DNA of 64,000 nucleotides, taken from Malacoraja senta. Lineage: Eukaryota. The DNA lies in assembly GCA_038087875.1 (NCBI GenBank), contig CM075987.1, forward strand, positions 21,950,001 through 22,014,000. The letters are read 5' to 3'. The notes under the pieces were generated by a model. The model saw nothing but the letters and a program-made list of their open reading frames with translations, did not search any database and was not told where the DNA came from. Positions 1-12,600 of the stretch are shown piece by piece. Each line of letters opens with the position of its first letter. Position 1 is the stretch's first letter. The translations under genes and the position numbers were made by a program.

Positions 1-382
1 TTTCTTTGGCACAGCTTTGGTCCTCATATTGATAAACAGCAATACAAGTTTCCAAAGGTGATGTAAAGACTGGAGGAAAGACTAGGTGCTGGGAGGTCTC
101 TTATACCTGCATTAAGGAGGCAATTAAACACACCTGAGCAATTACAAACACCTGGGAAGCCATGTGTCCCAAACATTATGGTGCCCTGAAATGGGCAGGA
201 CTATTGCTGTACACAGCCGTAATTTCTACATGGTGAAACCAAAATGTATAAAAATACCCTTTAATAAAATCTGACAATGTGCACTTTAACCATTTCTTTT
301 TTATTACAAATCTCAAATTGCGGAGCACAGAGGCAAATAAATAAATAATGGGTCTTTGTGCCAAACAATATGGAGGGCACTG
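1..382 (-). mobile_element. End of a Tc1-like transposon, same family as 17833-19550, truncated by the window edge
   Basis: Closely similar to 19175-19550; ends GGAGGGCACTG followed by TA. Confidence 0.9.
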
Positions 383-3300
383 TAGGATGTTATTCTTGAG
401 TAATCATATATTCTAGGGAAGAAAATATGTTTCTTTAATGGAGACCCCAAAGATCACAAGACTGGGAATATGCTCCCTTCCAATTTTATTGTAACATCAC
501 ATGAGATATGGGAACATTGAAACAGTTCTTAACCAGAGATGCCTAGATGTGGGGGTAATTACATTACCTTGTCTACCAGTGAGCCATTTGAACCAGAAAA
601 TGTGGTGGTGATCATTGGATATCAGTGTAGTAACAAATACACTAAAATGGGCCTTTGTGCTCCTGGGTTAAAGATGTAAAACTTTATCCAGTGTTCCCTG
701 TCCAATCAAATTCCCATCGCTACTATTAAATCATAGAATGATACCGTGCAAAGGGATCTATTATTGACAAAACTATCATTGTTGCACAAAAAGAGCACTG
801 TGTGTGAAACTGAAAGCACTTTTAAATAAATCATTCACCTGAATGAAATGAAAAATGAAGAAAATATGAAAAAAATAGAAAAAGATATCACCAGAATCTG
901 CAGATCAATACTTTTTTTAAGGAAATAATTTGATCGTTCTTGTGAATAATATCCTACTTGATATTATTTCTTGACCTGTGCCAACCAATTACCCTCCAGA
1001 TCCCGTGCGGGTCTGTTGCCCTAAACAATGTCACTGAGGAACAAACAATGGATTGTAGACTTTGGAAGACATGGATAGAGGATATTACAAAACGTCACCT
1101 ATCGTTGACTTCTCGAGATGCTACCTGACCCACTGAGTTACTCCAGCATTTTGTGTCTTTTTGTAAACAGCCATCTGCAGTTCCTTGTGTTTGGATCGTA
1201 GGCTTTACTTGTTTCGGTATTTTACAGGATAAACGTGTTTTCCAACAGGAAATGAATGTTCCATAATAAACGCAGCCTGTGTTTGATGTTATAAACGGCC
1301 TTCTCATTTTTTTTAAATTGCCTTGCCAAAGTGTAACTAGGTACTTGGTAATTATTCCAAAAGGCAGAAATGGATTGTAAAGAGTGATTTTGCTTGTGTC
1401 AAATAGAATTGTAGCAAATCTCTCAGATGCAGTAACACAAATATATGGGGGGAAAAAACATAATTATTACCCATCTAGTCTATTGACATCTATATCTTAT
1501 GATCAATAGATGATGCTAATGCTAATTAGTACTTTATAATTTCAGTTGCTGTGTTGAAGAAATTTGGAACAATTCTATCTGCTGCAAGCAGCATAATTCC
1601 CTAGAATCCCATTTCTGTCTTTTGGAAGAATTAACTGTCCACCACCGCTCTCAAAACAAAAAAATACTTGCTGTAGGGAAATGTGAATTTCTTTGTGGAA
1701 GTTGGGATTAATGTTTTAATTTTGCATTTTGTTGGAACTTCCCATGTGAAGCCCAGTCTGGGCTCCTTGTAAACTAGTCTGGAGATAATCTGCTGACTCC
1801 TGGAAAACTGAATGAATCTAACCAATATTCCTTATTTCCCATCAAAGTTCAATATTGTCTGATAATATAAAATGCTTTGATATCTTTTCCAGAATTATAT
1901 CTTGGTTACTGAAGGCTTAAGGCTCAGCTAAGCAAATCCATAGTTTTTTTTAAAGACTCAATTTGTGGGACTCTTTGGTTTTCCTGTGCTGCGCTATAAT
2001 GGTGCTTTCCCGGATGTCTCTATCACAATGTGTTTATTGTCATACAACACCGAAACAGGCCCTTCAGCCCAAATCATCCATGCCAACCAAGATGCCCCAT
2101 CTAAGCTAGTCCTAATTTCCTGCGTTTAGTATGGAGTCTAACACCAGTGTTCAGGAGAATTGGAAAAAAAAGTGCCAACTGGTGTTTAAAAAAAAAATAG
2201 AGTTGACGGTGTAATGGTTGGAATCGAAAGAAATATACCTTTTGGTTGTACAAGACCTAATGGAATTAAGTATCTAGGTTGTCATAGTCCATAAGGACAC
2301 TCCTTAAAATACAATTTCCTCAGATGAACTCGCAAATCAATCAGGAAAAGGGTTTCTCTTTGGCCAAGTGGTTGGTATAAGAGCTGTTTGAAATTTGGGA
2401 ATGAAGCTTGAGTATCCGGTAAACAATAACTATTAATTGTAGTCTTAAAGACTTATGAACTTAATTGCTGTCTTAAAGACTTTTAAGAAGCCAGATTTGA
2501 AAATGTATTTCATGTCACTTGTATGGTCAGAAGTTCTATTCTGCCGTTGAAGGTTGAATAACAACATTATTGAGAACATTTTCAATCTGCATCTTAATGC
2601 AAGGTATTCCTGCCATGGGAATGCATGGTTGGACGTGTTGGATACTTACAGTGTGCTCGCCAAACTTGAACAAGGTTGAAAATTTAACTGCTTGTACTAA
2701 AGTGTCGAAATATGCCCCACCCATAAAAGTCTTAATAACAGAAAATAATTTTGTCAGTCGAGATTAGATTTATTTTCACGCTTTACTTTTAATGTTGTTA
2801 ATGTTATTTGTGACCCAAATTGAATTTTGATATTCTCTATCCTGCCCCACACCCCCCTCAAGTTATTAATAAATCATAAGAGTGATAGTGAATGGATCTT
2901 TTTGTGCGACATTGGTTAAGGGAATTAATTTTTGCCAGGGCATTGGGGAAAACTCCCCTGCTCCTATGATATGAAAGAGTGATGGGACCCTGTTTAACAT
3001 TATTATTAGCTGGCATCACTGATGGTGCGACACTCATTTAATCCTGCACTTGGATATATCAGCCAAGAAGATGTGCTCTGGTTTGAAATAGTAAGGAATC
3101 AAAGAGGTGGCCATTACTGTTCCACTGGATGTGCTTTTGACAATAAGCCCATTTCTGACCATCCCATTCAACTTTTAGAAACATAGAAAATAGGTGCAGG
3201 AGGAGGCCATTCGGCCCTTCGAGCCAGCACCGCATTTTTGACAATACTTACCACTGATTTTTATCCATGCATTGCTGGCTTGGGCCTGGCACCATTGTTG

Positions 3301-5379
3301 ATATGCAGCATCAATACTTTCTTGCCAAATCCTGTTGGAAAGGAGGATTAGCCCAGCAGTAAAGCTTGCAATCCTGTAGTTTCTTCCTTGCACAAAGATC
3401 GCACGTTTTAAGTTAGTGGTGCACGAGGCCCAGTTGGTCTGTATTCAATCATTTTAGATGCAGCTTATGATACAGACTATTTTATGCATCACTTCAAATG
3501 TTTTGCCTCTGTTTTCAAGGATATCCTTTTCTAATATTATACAGTCTGCATGCAGAATTATCTGATGTTTGTCTGGTTATTATTTACCAGTTTAAATCAG
3601 TTGGTCAGAAGATAACTGATCATTTAAACTAATGTTGCAAAATGAGCCTTTTCAATATTATTTACTGTCTTGTACACCCTTGAGATTTCTTTTAAAGTGA
3701 TTATTTAGCAGGGTGGAAAGTGTGATTTTTAAGTCTTTTTTCAATAATTCTAAGACCTTATCACAGGGGAATAGCCTCAAGCCTTTTACTGCGCTCCCTC
3801 TCTGAGCTTTGAATTTCTTCCTTGTGTTTCTGCAGTCGGAAATGGATGAGGTGCTTATTCAGTGGTCTGACAGAGGTCTGTAAAATATAGTCATAACATC
3901 CTCTAACTTGTATTTAATTGCTTTGACCAGATAATTTAACATTGTTCTGATTTATGCTGCCCTGCTTCAGTATGACAACTTTAATAACCATTATCATTAA
4001 CCTGCTGAGATTCTGAGACCATATCTATTTTAATATAATCTGTGAAGTGTGCACACTGGAGCACTTTTTAGAATGACCCCTGAGCAATACATCAATGTGC
4101 ATCATTCAAGAAAAAGTTGATATTTAAAAAAATATAGTTGTTGGCACTTCTGCTATCGGATCCTATTCTGCCATTGAGCACCCATGAGCTTACAAAATTG
4201 TGAAGTGGCATCTATAGCTTAATCTACTGCTATCATTTTTCCTGTTAATAAGAGCCGCAGATGCCATTGGATCTAATGTTGAATTCCAATATAATGTATT
4301 TTAATTAAACAAAGAGTTTTGTAAGTTGGTTTTAAAAAGTGATCGTGTCACAATCAGACAAGGAAATATGCGGGTTATTGATATTCAAAAGTTTATTTAC
4401 ATTTTAAATAAAACTCATTGATCCACAGACCCTTATGTGACACTGCTTGGTGACATAGTGTGTGACATTTATGTGACATGGTGAAAAGATATTCCATTTT
4501 ACTACTTCCTGTTACTCATTCTGTGTGATCCATGTATTAATTGTGCCTTGTTGTGCTTTGCTTTGTAACATCCGAGTATGATTTGTACATTAATACCCAG
4601 TCTTGGCATGCCTATAGCCCTTGGTTTGTGGTCAGTGAGAACAGGGAATGCTCTATTTTGTAACGGGATTTTATACCTATACCTTGTAGAGGGCAACAGA
4701 AAAATGTAACCTGTCTGTTTGGAACCGTAATTATATCTTGCAACTTCTGAAAGGTGAGGGTGGGAGCAATAAACAAAAATAGTGAGAAAAATCATCCTTG
4801 AGCCATATTAATGCACCACCTCACGAATGGTATAAGAATTGGTCAGGAGCAAATAACTTCTTCCCTCAGTTGGTTTGTAGCTCAGGAGTAGAGAATTAAA
4901 TATGGGGAAACTGTTTTGTACCTGTAAATGGACAGTCTGTACATGACAACCTGATGTTGCAGGTGCATTGGATCTCATTATTATTTTCATTTAATGTTTT
5001 TATTGTGACCCTTATTATCTGCCTTTATCATCTCCTTATTAAATCATGTTCTTAGTTCCTTTAAAGAATGTCACGTATTGGGGAAAGTTTGCTGAAATGC
5101 TGAGAATTTAAGCAAAAGGGGATCCAAGAGGTTTAAAGGTGTTGCTGAACTAGTGCATGAGGAAAGTCTTAACTAAACGAGATGGACAAATTCACTGTAA
5201 AGGTATTTGGCACGTGTTGCAACACAGATCAAAACCTATTACCATACCCCTAGTAGACACACCATTCGCAAAGTTTCTTTACCAGCAACAACAAATCTGG
5301 ACATGTTGAACTGAAAATTTCCAAAATCTAAAAGTGAACGATTAGTCTTATCTTAACATCCCCAGGTATCAACCTGAGC

Positions 5380-6110
5380 AACATAAAATTGGCTGGAGAA
5401 TTCAGCAGGTTGAGCGGCACCTGTGGAGGAAAATGAACAATGTTTTGGGTCGGGATCCTTCATCTGGGTTGAAAGAGGGGAAACATTCAGTCTAGAGGGG
5501 AGGAGGAGGGCAAGAATTGGCGAAGGAGGGGTGGAAACAGGTTAGGAGGGGTTAATTGGCAGATGGAGTCAAGTCAGGGAGGGAAGGGTGGAAATGGTGA
5601 CAGAGGCTGGGCTGCAGATGAAGGAATCTGATGAGAAAGGAAGGTGAAACATGGAAGGTGGGATGGGCAGATGGGAACAATGGGAAATGGAGACCCTATA
5701 GGAGAAATGTGTGATTGCGGAAAAGAATGTAGGTAAGGGAGGGGAAAGAAACTGGGTGAAATCGGGCTGAGGGGGTTGTTGATAAGTAAGATATGTGTGA
5801 GAGGATCTGGGTAGATCAGAAGGAGGGAAATGGGGACAAAGAGGCAGTGGGTACTTGAAATTGAGGAATTGAATGCTCATGCCATCAGATTGTAGATTAC
5901 CAAGGTAGAATATCGGGAGCTGCTCCCCTAGTTTTCGTTTGGCCTTGCCCTGACAGTGGAGGAGGCCGAGAATAGACAGGTTGGTGTGAGGATGGAAAGA
6001 TGAATTACTATGATTTGCATCTGGGTTCTCCAGATGGCCATGGGGGACAGAGCACTGGTGCTCAGCAAAGGCTGCATTTGGTCTCACAGATGCAGATGAG
6101 GCCATTGGCA
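5380..6110 (-). mobile_element. Degraded Penelope-like element 3' fragment (GIY-YIG C-terminus and UTR)
   Basis: ORF 5569-6111 contains HPHTNLSILGLLHCQGKAKRKLGEQ..FYLGNLQSDGMSIQF, followed by a pyrimidine-rich UTR and the shared terminal repeat. Confidence 0.7.
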
Positions 6111-8676
6111 AATTGTGAATAAATAATTATCAAAATGTATCCGATAATATTTTGTTTATTTACAACCAAATCCATTGTAAGGGGAAATTGTGGTGGGGAG
6201 GTTGAAGAAAGACCTAAGAATTTTCAGATTAATCTGTAACGGTTCTATTTTAGAGTTTGTGGCAGTCGGTTTTAGTTTGGTAGATCCAGAGATGTCTTTT
6301 GGTATTGGTAGAATCCTGGTCTCCACTGGTGTATAAGGATTATATACTTTTCCAATACATCAATTACAATCTTGTTTTCTGAGGCTTTCCCACATGTACT
6401 ACTACTGCAGCACCTTAAGGTAGTGTGGATCAATTCTTGCAGGTGGATAGTGGATTCAGTCTCATGGCTGCTATTGAGAAGTCTTCAATTTAGAAATTTG
6501 AGACACTAGGGACTGAAAATATTGAAGGCTGAGTTCAAATGTGTGCCTATTTCTATTGTTTTTAATTATTGTTTTTGATGTAAAATCTTTGCCATGTGAA
6601 TTGAAATTGCATTTTAATTTAAAAAATCGTCACTGCTATCCTGTATCCATCAATACATTAAAACAGTATGAAATGAAAAAAATATAGTGAATTGATTTGT
6701 ATATTGAGTAAATGGGCAAATAATTATAAAACCATGGCAGATAGACAGCATAAGTATATCAGTCAGGATTCAACTGAATGAAGAACATTTGACTGTTTTT
6801 CAGGTCCTCTTAAAACTCCTTTTTAAGTTTAGAGCATGACATGATAAAGTTAATGCCAATTGAGTATGGTAATAGGTAGAGAGGACAACTTGCATAAAAT
6901 ATTACCAAATGTTTTGTTAAAATGGTGGGTTTTATAAAGTGAATATTTTGCTTCCACTGCTGTCTCTGAAAACTGATGGTAGTTGTTGTGGTGGAGTAGG
7001 AGTATGTGACAGCCAAATCTTGTGCAGTCATCTTCAGGCGAGAAGATTCTACAGTGGAAATGGGACTAATATGGGGATCTGCAGATTCTACCACAGGTGG
7101 AGTGGGACGTGCCTGATGTGGCAGGTGAGAGGTCAGTAGTATGGGAAGTGATGCACTCCTTTCCTCATTTTCACTGGGCTTCTACTTATTTTTTGACCAA
7201 AGTTGCTTCTGAATGATCTTTTTCTGTTTTTGAGCAGTCTTGGTCCATACCCATATATCTGTGGCATTATTACCTTTTCAAGGAGATTAGAAGAATGTTC
7301 TTGAATCATTTACTTAGTCTTCCTTTGGAGTCTGAAAAAGAGTGCTTGCGCCAGAATCTAGTGTGGAATATGGGAACAATTTGGTCTTCCCATCAAAGCT
7401 GGCTGCACATAATTGTCCTCTATTGGAAATTAAAAAAAAGACAAATTGCAGGGTTAACTCACCAGGTCACGCAGCATATCTGGAGAACATGGATAGGTGA
7501 GCTTATGGGTCAGGACCCTTCTGCAGGCTGACGATGAAGAGGGTCCTGAAACGTCACCTACCCATGTTCTCCAAAGATGCTGCCTGACCCAATGTGTTAC
7601 TCCAGTGCTTTGTACCTTTTTTTGTAAACCAGCACCTGCAGTTCAATACGTTTCTTCTATTGGAAAGTGTTGGCCTGGGTTAGGACATTAACATTGGTTC
7701 ACTAATCCCCCCCCCCCCAATTGGATTTGGAAGATTTTGCAGTATAGGGGTGCCTCTGCAATCTTGAGTCTCTAAACTTTATGTGAACCAGGAATTTAAT
7801 TGTACCCGAGTGAATGTGACAATTAAATCATCTGAATCTGCCTGGCGTAACTAGTTCACATCTTAGAAACATACAAATCCCCCCCCTGGGTTATGAACGC
7901 CCGACTTATAGAGACCACAAACATTCAAACGAGCATTTGGGAGATCAACAGAAAAACTGGGGATAGTTTTACAGGCTGGTGGTGGGAACAGAAGATTTCT
8001 GTGTCTTCCTCCCTACTTACACATCCATTCCCAAGCCTAATAATCAAGGGCTGGGTCAGCCAAGCAGAGTTGTGAGCGCTGAGACTTTCACTCACTGACC
8101 CAGTGAGGGCAGCTGCTCTTCCTGCACTTGTCTCCCATCTGGACACAAAGTTTTTGAGTTACTCAGCAGGTTAGGCAGCATCTTTGGAAAACATGGAGAG
8201 GTGATGTTTTGGGTCGAGGCCTTTCATTCGACCCGAAACATCGTCCAACTTTGTTCTCCAGAGATGCTGGCAGACCTGCTGAGTTACTCCTGCACATCGT
8301 GTCCTTTTATGTATTAACCACCATCTGCAGTTCATTGTTTCTACTCTCCTATCTCAACATTAATGCGATCCTCTTCTGCAGTTTTTGTTCATTTGCGACT
8401 TACAAACAGTTTGAGTTCCAACATTACTCGGGTACGAAGCCTTCTCATCATCCAGGGACCTTTTATATGAGAGAGCAGGGCTAACTCATTGTTATGCATC
8501 AAGTTTTGTACTGGGTTTGAGGTCCTGATCTTCAAATACGCCTCCTCAGCCAGCCAACATTATTGCACACTGAATGGCGATGGTGAATTTCACTTCTGCA
8601 TAGCTGGAGATGTGCACCATGAACCTTTACTGTCTGGGATGCCAGAATTGGTAGAGGACCACAATTTGCAATGATG

Positions 8677-8975
8677 TTGCCTCGTTGTCACCTTCCCCCT
8701 CAGCTAACAATGAACCATTCTACCTTTCCTTGACCAACGTCTGCTTTGGATCTCTCCTTTTCACAACTTTCCCTTCCAAATCTCTAGCTTCCTGCTCCCC
8801 TGACAGTCTGAAGAAGGTAGACAAAAGTGTTGGAGAAACTCAGCGGGTGCAGCAGCATCTATGGAGCGAAGGAAATAGGCAACGTTTCGGGCCGAAACCC
8901 TTCTTCAGACTGAAGAATGGTCTCGACCTGAAAGGTCATCCATTCCTTCTCTCCAGAGATGCTCCAGCATTTTGG
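8677..8975. mobile_element. Rearranged Penelope-derived terminal repeats immediately upstream of the DOLPP1 promoter
   Basis: Same CTGAAGAAGGG..CCCGAAACG / AGATGCTGC repeat family, in both orientations. Confidence 0.75.
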
Positions 8976-9079
8976 TGCTCTTCTCTGCATGATGTAACCG
9001 TCCAACTGGAAATACTTTGCTTGTGGAATGGAAGCAACGAGATGCAACATTTACTCATTGATCTGGAGGCAGCTCCATT

Positions 9080-9620
9080 CCAGCGGGAGGGGTTTGTTCC
9101 GCGATTGGTCCGATTCCCCTTAGCGACCGGCTTCCAATTGGTCGGCATTGACTTGGGCAGCCCCCTGCTCGCCGGCGCTGTGATTGGCCACCGGCGGGCG
9201 GCCGTGATGCGGTAAAGATGTCGGCCGTTGAACAGTGCTCGGTTGCTGTGGAGAAAGAGCGGTGGGAGCCGCTGTCCTTGACGCACGTCGAATATCCCCC
9301 AGGTAATGAACCTCCTGCAGGGGTTTCTGGAAGAACGGTTCACAGCCGCCTTGAGGAATAAGTTGCGAACGTGGAAGGCAGAACGAGAATATTGCCGGGA
9401 CGAGTCGGCGCCTTGTTTGCAGGCCGGACCGGGATTTAAATTTTTTTTTTTTTTTTGAGGAAATTTGGGTTGTTGGATGAGCACCTTCGCCGGTCGTAGC
9501 AACACAATAATGTGCTCTTGGTTTCTCCGCGCCCGCCCGCCCTCGTGTGCCAGTTCAGCCGAATTTTCGTCCCGACTACAACCGACGTCGCGCGTGCGCG
9601 AAGAGCTGTCATGGTTAAAA
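9080..9620 (+). promoter_or_regulatory. CpG-island promoter and first exon region of DOLPP1
   Basis: Dense CpG in an AT-rich background. Three ATTGG (CCAAT) boxes at 9104, 9137 and 9183. YY1-like AAGATGTCGGC over the start codon. NRF1-like GCGCGTGCGC near 9590. No obvious TATA box. Confidence 0.8.
9218..9302 (+). CDS. DOLPP1: DOLPP1 coding exon 1
   Basis: ATG at 9218; [28 protein letters not shown]; donor GTAATG at 9303; lies in the CpG island. Confidence 0.95.
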
Positions 9621-12600
9621 TATTTATAGCAATGACTAATCTGCAGGTATTACATTGACTGTACCGCCGCTCGAGGTTTAAAAAAAAAAGAGGACTGTTA
9701 CTCCGTATTATTTTATGGCTAAGGCTGCAAACGTTGATTTCACAGCATCATCGAAGTTCATAGTTTTTTAATATATATATATATATATATATTAAAAGGA
9801 ATTGAACATTATAGAAAGATTAGCAGCAGTAGGGAGGTTGGGGATAGCATCAAGCAGGGAATTAGGGATGCGTGTAGCAAAGGTACAGCAGTTATCATGG
9901 GTGACTTTATTAATCTTCATATAGATTGGGCCAACCAAATTGGTAGCAGCGCTGAGGAGGAGGATTTCCTGGAATGTATACGGGATGGTTTTTTAAACCA
10001 ATATGTAGAAGAACCGACTAGAGAGCAGTTGCCTATCTCCTTTGCTCCATAGATGCTGCTGCACCCGCTGAGTTTCTCCAGCATTTTTGTGTACCTTCGA
10101 TTTTCCAGCATCTTTAACATAAGGCCATCCTAGACCGGGTATTGTGGAATAATAGACAATAGGTGCAGGAGTAGGCCATTCGGCCCTTCGAGCCAGCACC
10201 CATTCAATGTGATCATGGCTGATCATCCCCAATCCGTACCCCGTTCCTGCCTTTTCCGCATATCCCCTGACTCCGCTATCTTTAAGAGCCCTATCCAGCT
10301 CTCTCTTGAAAGCATCCAGAGAACCTGCCTGAGGCAGAGAATTCCACACACTCACAACTCTCTGTGAGAAAAAGTGTTTCCTCGTCTCCATTCTAAATGG
10401 CGTATCCCTTATTCTTAAACTGTGGCCCCTGGTTCTGGACTCCCCCAAAATCGGGAACATGTTTCCTGCCTCCAGCGTGTCCAAACCCTTAACAATCTTA
10501 TATGTTTCAATAAGATATCCTCTCATCCTTCTAAACTCCAGAGTGTACAAGCCCAGCTGCTTCATTCACTCAGCATATAACAGTCCCGCCATCCTGGGAA
10601 TTAACCTTGTAAACCTACGCTGCACTCCCTCAATAGCAAGAATGTAATTCCTCAAATTAGGGGACCAAAAATGCACACAATACTCCAGGTGTGGTCTTAC
10701 TAGGACTCTGTACAACTGCAGAAGGACCTCTTTGCTCTTATACTCGACGACTCTTTTTATAAAGGCCAACATGCCATTCGCTTTTTTCACTGCCTGCTGT
10801 ACCTGCATGCTTACTTTCATAGACTGATGAACAAGGACCCCCAGATCCCGCTGTACTTCCCCTTTTCCCAGCTTGACGCCATTTAGATAGTAATCTGCCT
10901 TCCTGTTTTTGCTACCAAAGTGGATAACCTCACATTTCTCCACATTAAACGTCATCTGCCATGCATCTGCCCACTCCCCCAACCTGTCCAAGTCACCCTG
11001 CATTCTCATAGCATCCTCCTCACAGTTCACACTGCCACCCAGCTTTGTGTCATCTGCAAATTTGCTAATGTTACTTTGAATCCCTTCATCCAAATCATTG
11101 ATGTATATTGTAAATAGCTGCGGTCCCAGCACCGAGCCTTGCGGTACCCCACTAGTCACTGCCTTCCATTCTGAAAGGGACCCGTTAATCCCCACTCTCT
11201 GTTTCCTGTCTGCCAACCAATTTTCTATCCATGTCAGCACTCCACCCCCGATACCATGTGCCCTAATTTTGCCCACTAATCTCCTATGTGGGACCTTATC
11301 AAATGCTGGAAGGATTTGTTAGCGATCTTGTTGTGCAAAGCCCCTTGGGCAACAGCGACCATAATATGGAATTCTGCATTAGGATGGAGAGTGACACGGT
11401 TAATTCAGGAAATAGGGTCCTGAACTTAAAGAAAGGAGACTTTGAAGGTAAACGATGGGAATTGACTAAGATAGACTGGCAAATTATACTTAAAGGATTG
11501 AAGGTGGCAATGCAATGGCTAAGATTTAAAGACCACGTGGATGAACTCCAAAAATTGTTCATCCCTGTCTGACGAAAAAATAAAACGGGGAAGGCGGATC
11601 AACCATGGCTAATGAGGGAAATCAAGGATAGTGTTAAATCCAAGGACGAGGCAGATAAATTGGCCAGAGAAACCAGAGGACTGGGGGAAATTTAGAATTC
11701 AACGGAGGACAAAGGGGTTAATTAAGAGGGGGGAAAAAGAGCACGAAAGAAAGCTTGCGGGAAATATAAGCACTGACTGTAAAAGCTTATTTAGATAGGT
11801 AAAAAGGAAAGGATTAGTGAAGACAAATGTAGGTCCCTTACAATCAGAGACAGGTGAATTTACAATGGGAAACAAAGAAATGGCAGAACAGTTAAACGAG
11901 TACTTTGGTTCTGTCTTCACCAAGGAAGACACAAACAATCTCCCAGGAATACTAGGGGACCGAGGATCTAGTGGGAGGGAGGAACTGAAGGGAATCCACA
12001 TTAGTCAGTAGATTGTGTTAGGTAAACTGTTGGGACTGAAGCCAGATAAATCCCCATGGCCTGATGGTCTGCATCCCAGAGTACTCAAGGAGGTGGCCCT
12101 AGAAATCATGGATGCATTGGTGATCATTTTCCAATGGTCTCTCGACTCTGGATCAGTTCCAATAGACTGGAGGGTAGCCAATGTAACTCCACTTTTTAAG
12201 AAAGGAGGGGAGAGAAAACGGGGAATTATAGACCAGTTAGCCGTACATCGGTAGTGGGGAAGATGCTTGAGTCAATTGTTAAAGATGTTATAGCAGTACA
12301 TTTGGAAAGCGGTGACAGGATCGGTCAAAGTCAGCATGGATATATGAAGGGGAAATCATGCTTGACTAATCTGGAATTTTTTGAGGATGTAACAAGTAGA
12401 ATGGAAGAGTAGAGCCAGTAGATGTGGTTTACCTGGACTTTCAAAAAGCCTTTGACAAAGTCCCACACAAGAGAATAGTGTGCAAAATTAGAGCACATGA
12501 TATTGGGGGTAGGATATTGACATGGATGGAGAACTGGTTGGCAGACAGGAAGCAAAGTGTAGGAATTAACGGGTCCTTTTTAGAATGGCAGGCAGTGACT

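Noticed and set aside
8936..9505. 189-aa antisense ORF and 176-aa sense ORF over the DOLPP1 promoter
   Set aside because: They span repeats and a GC-rich CpG island and show no recognisable protein similarity.
10566..11276. 236-aa reverse transcriptase ORF as a host gene or novel RT system
   Set aside because: Ordinary truncated CR1 ORF2 fragment, with several similar copies in the window.
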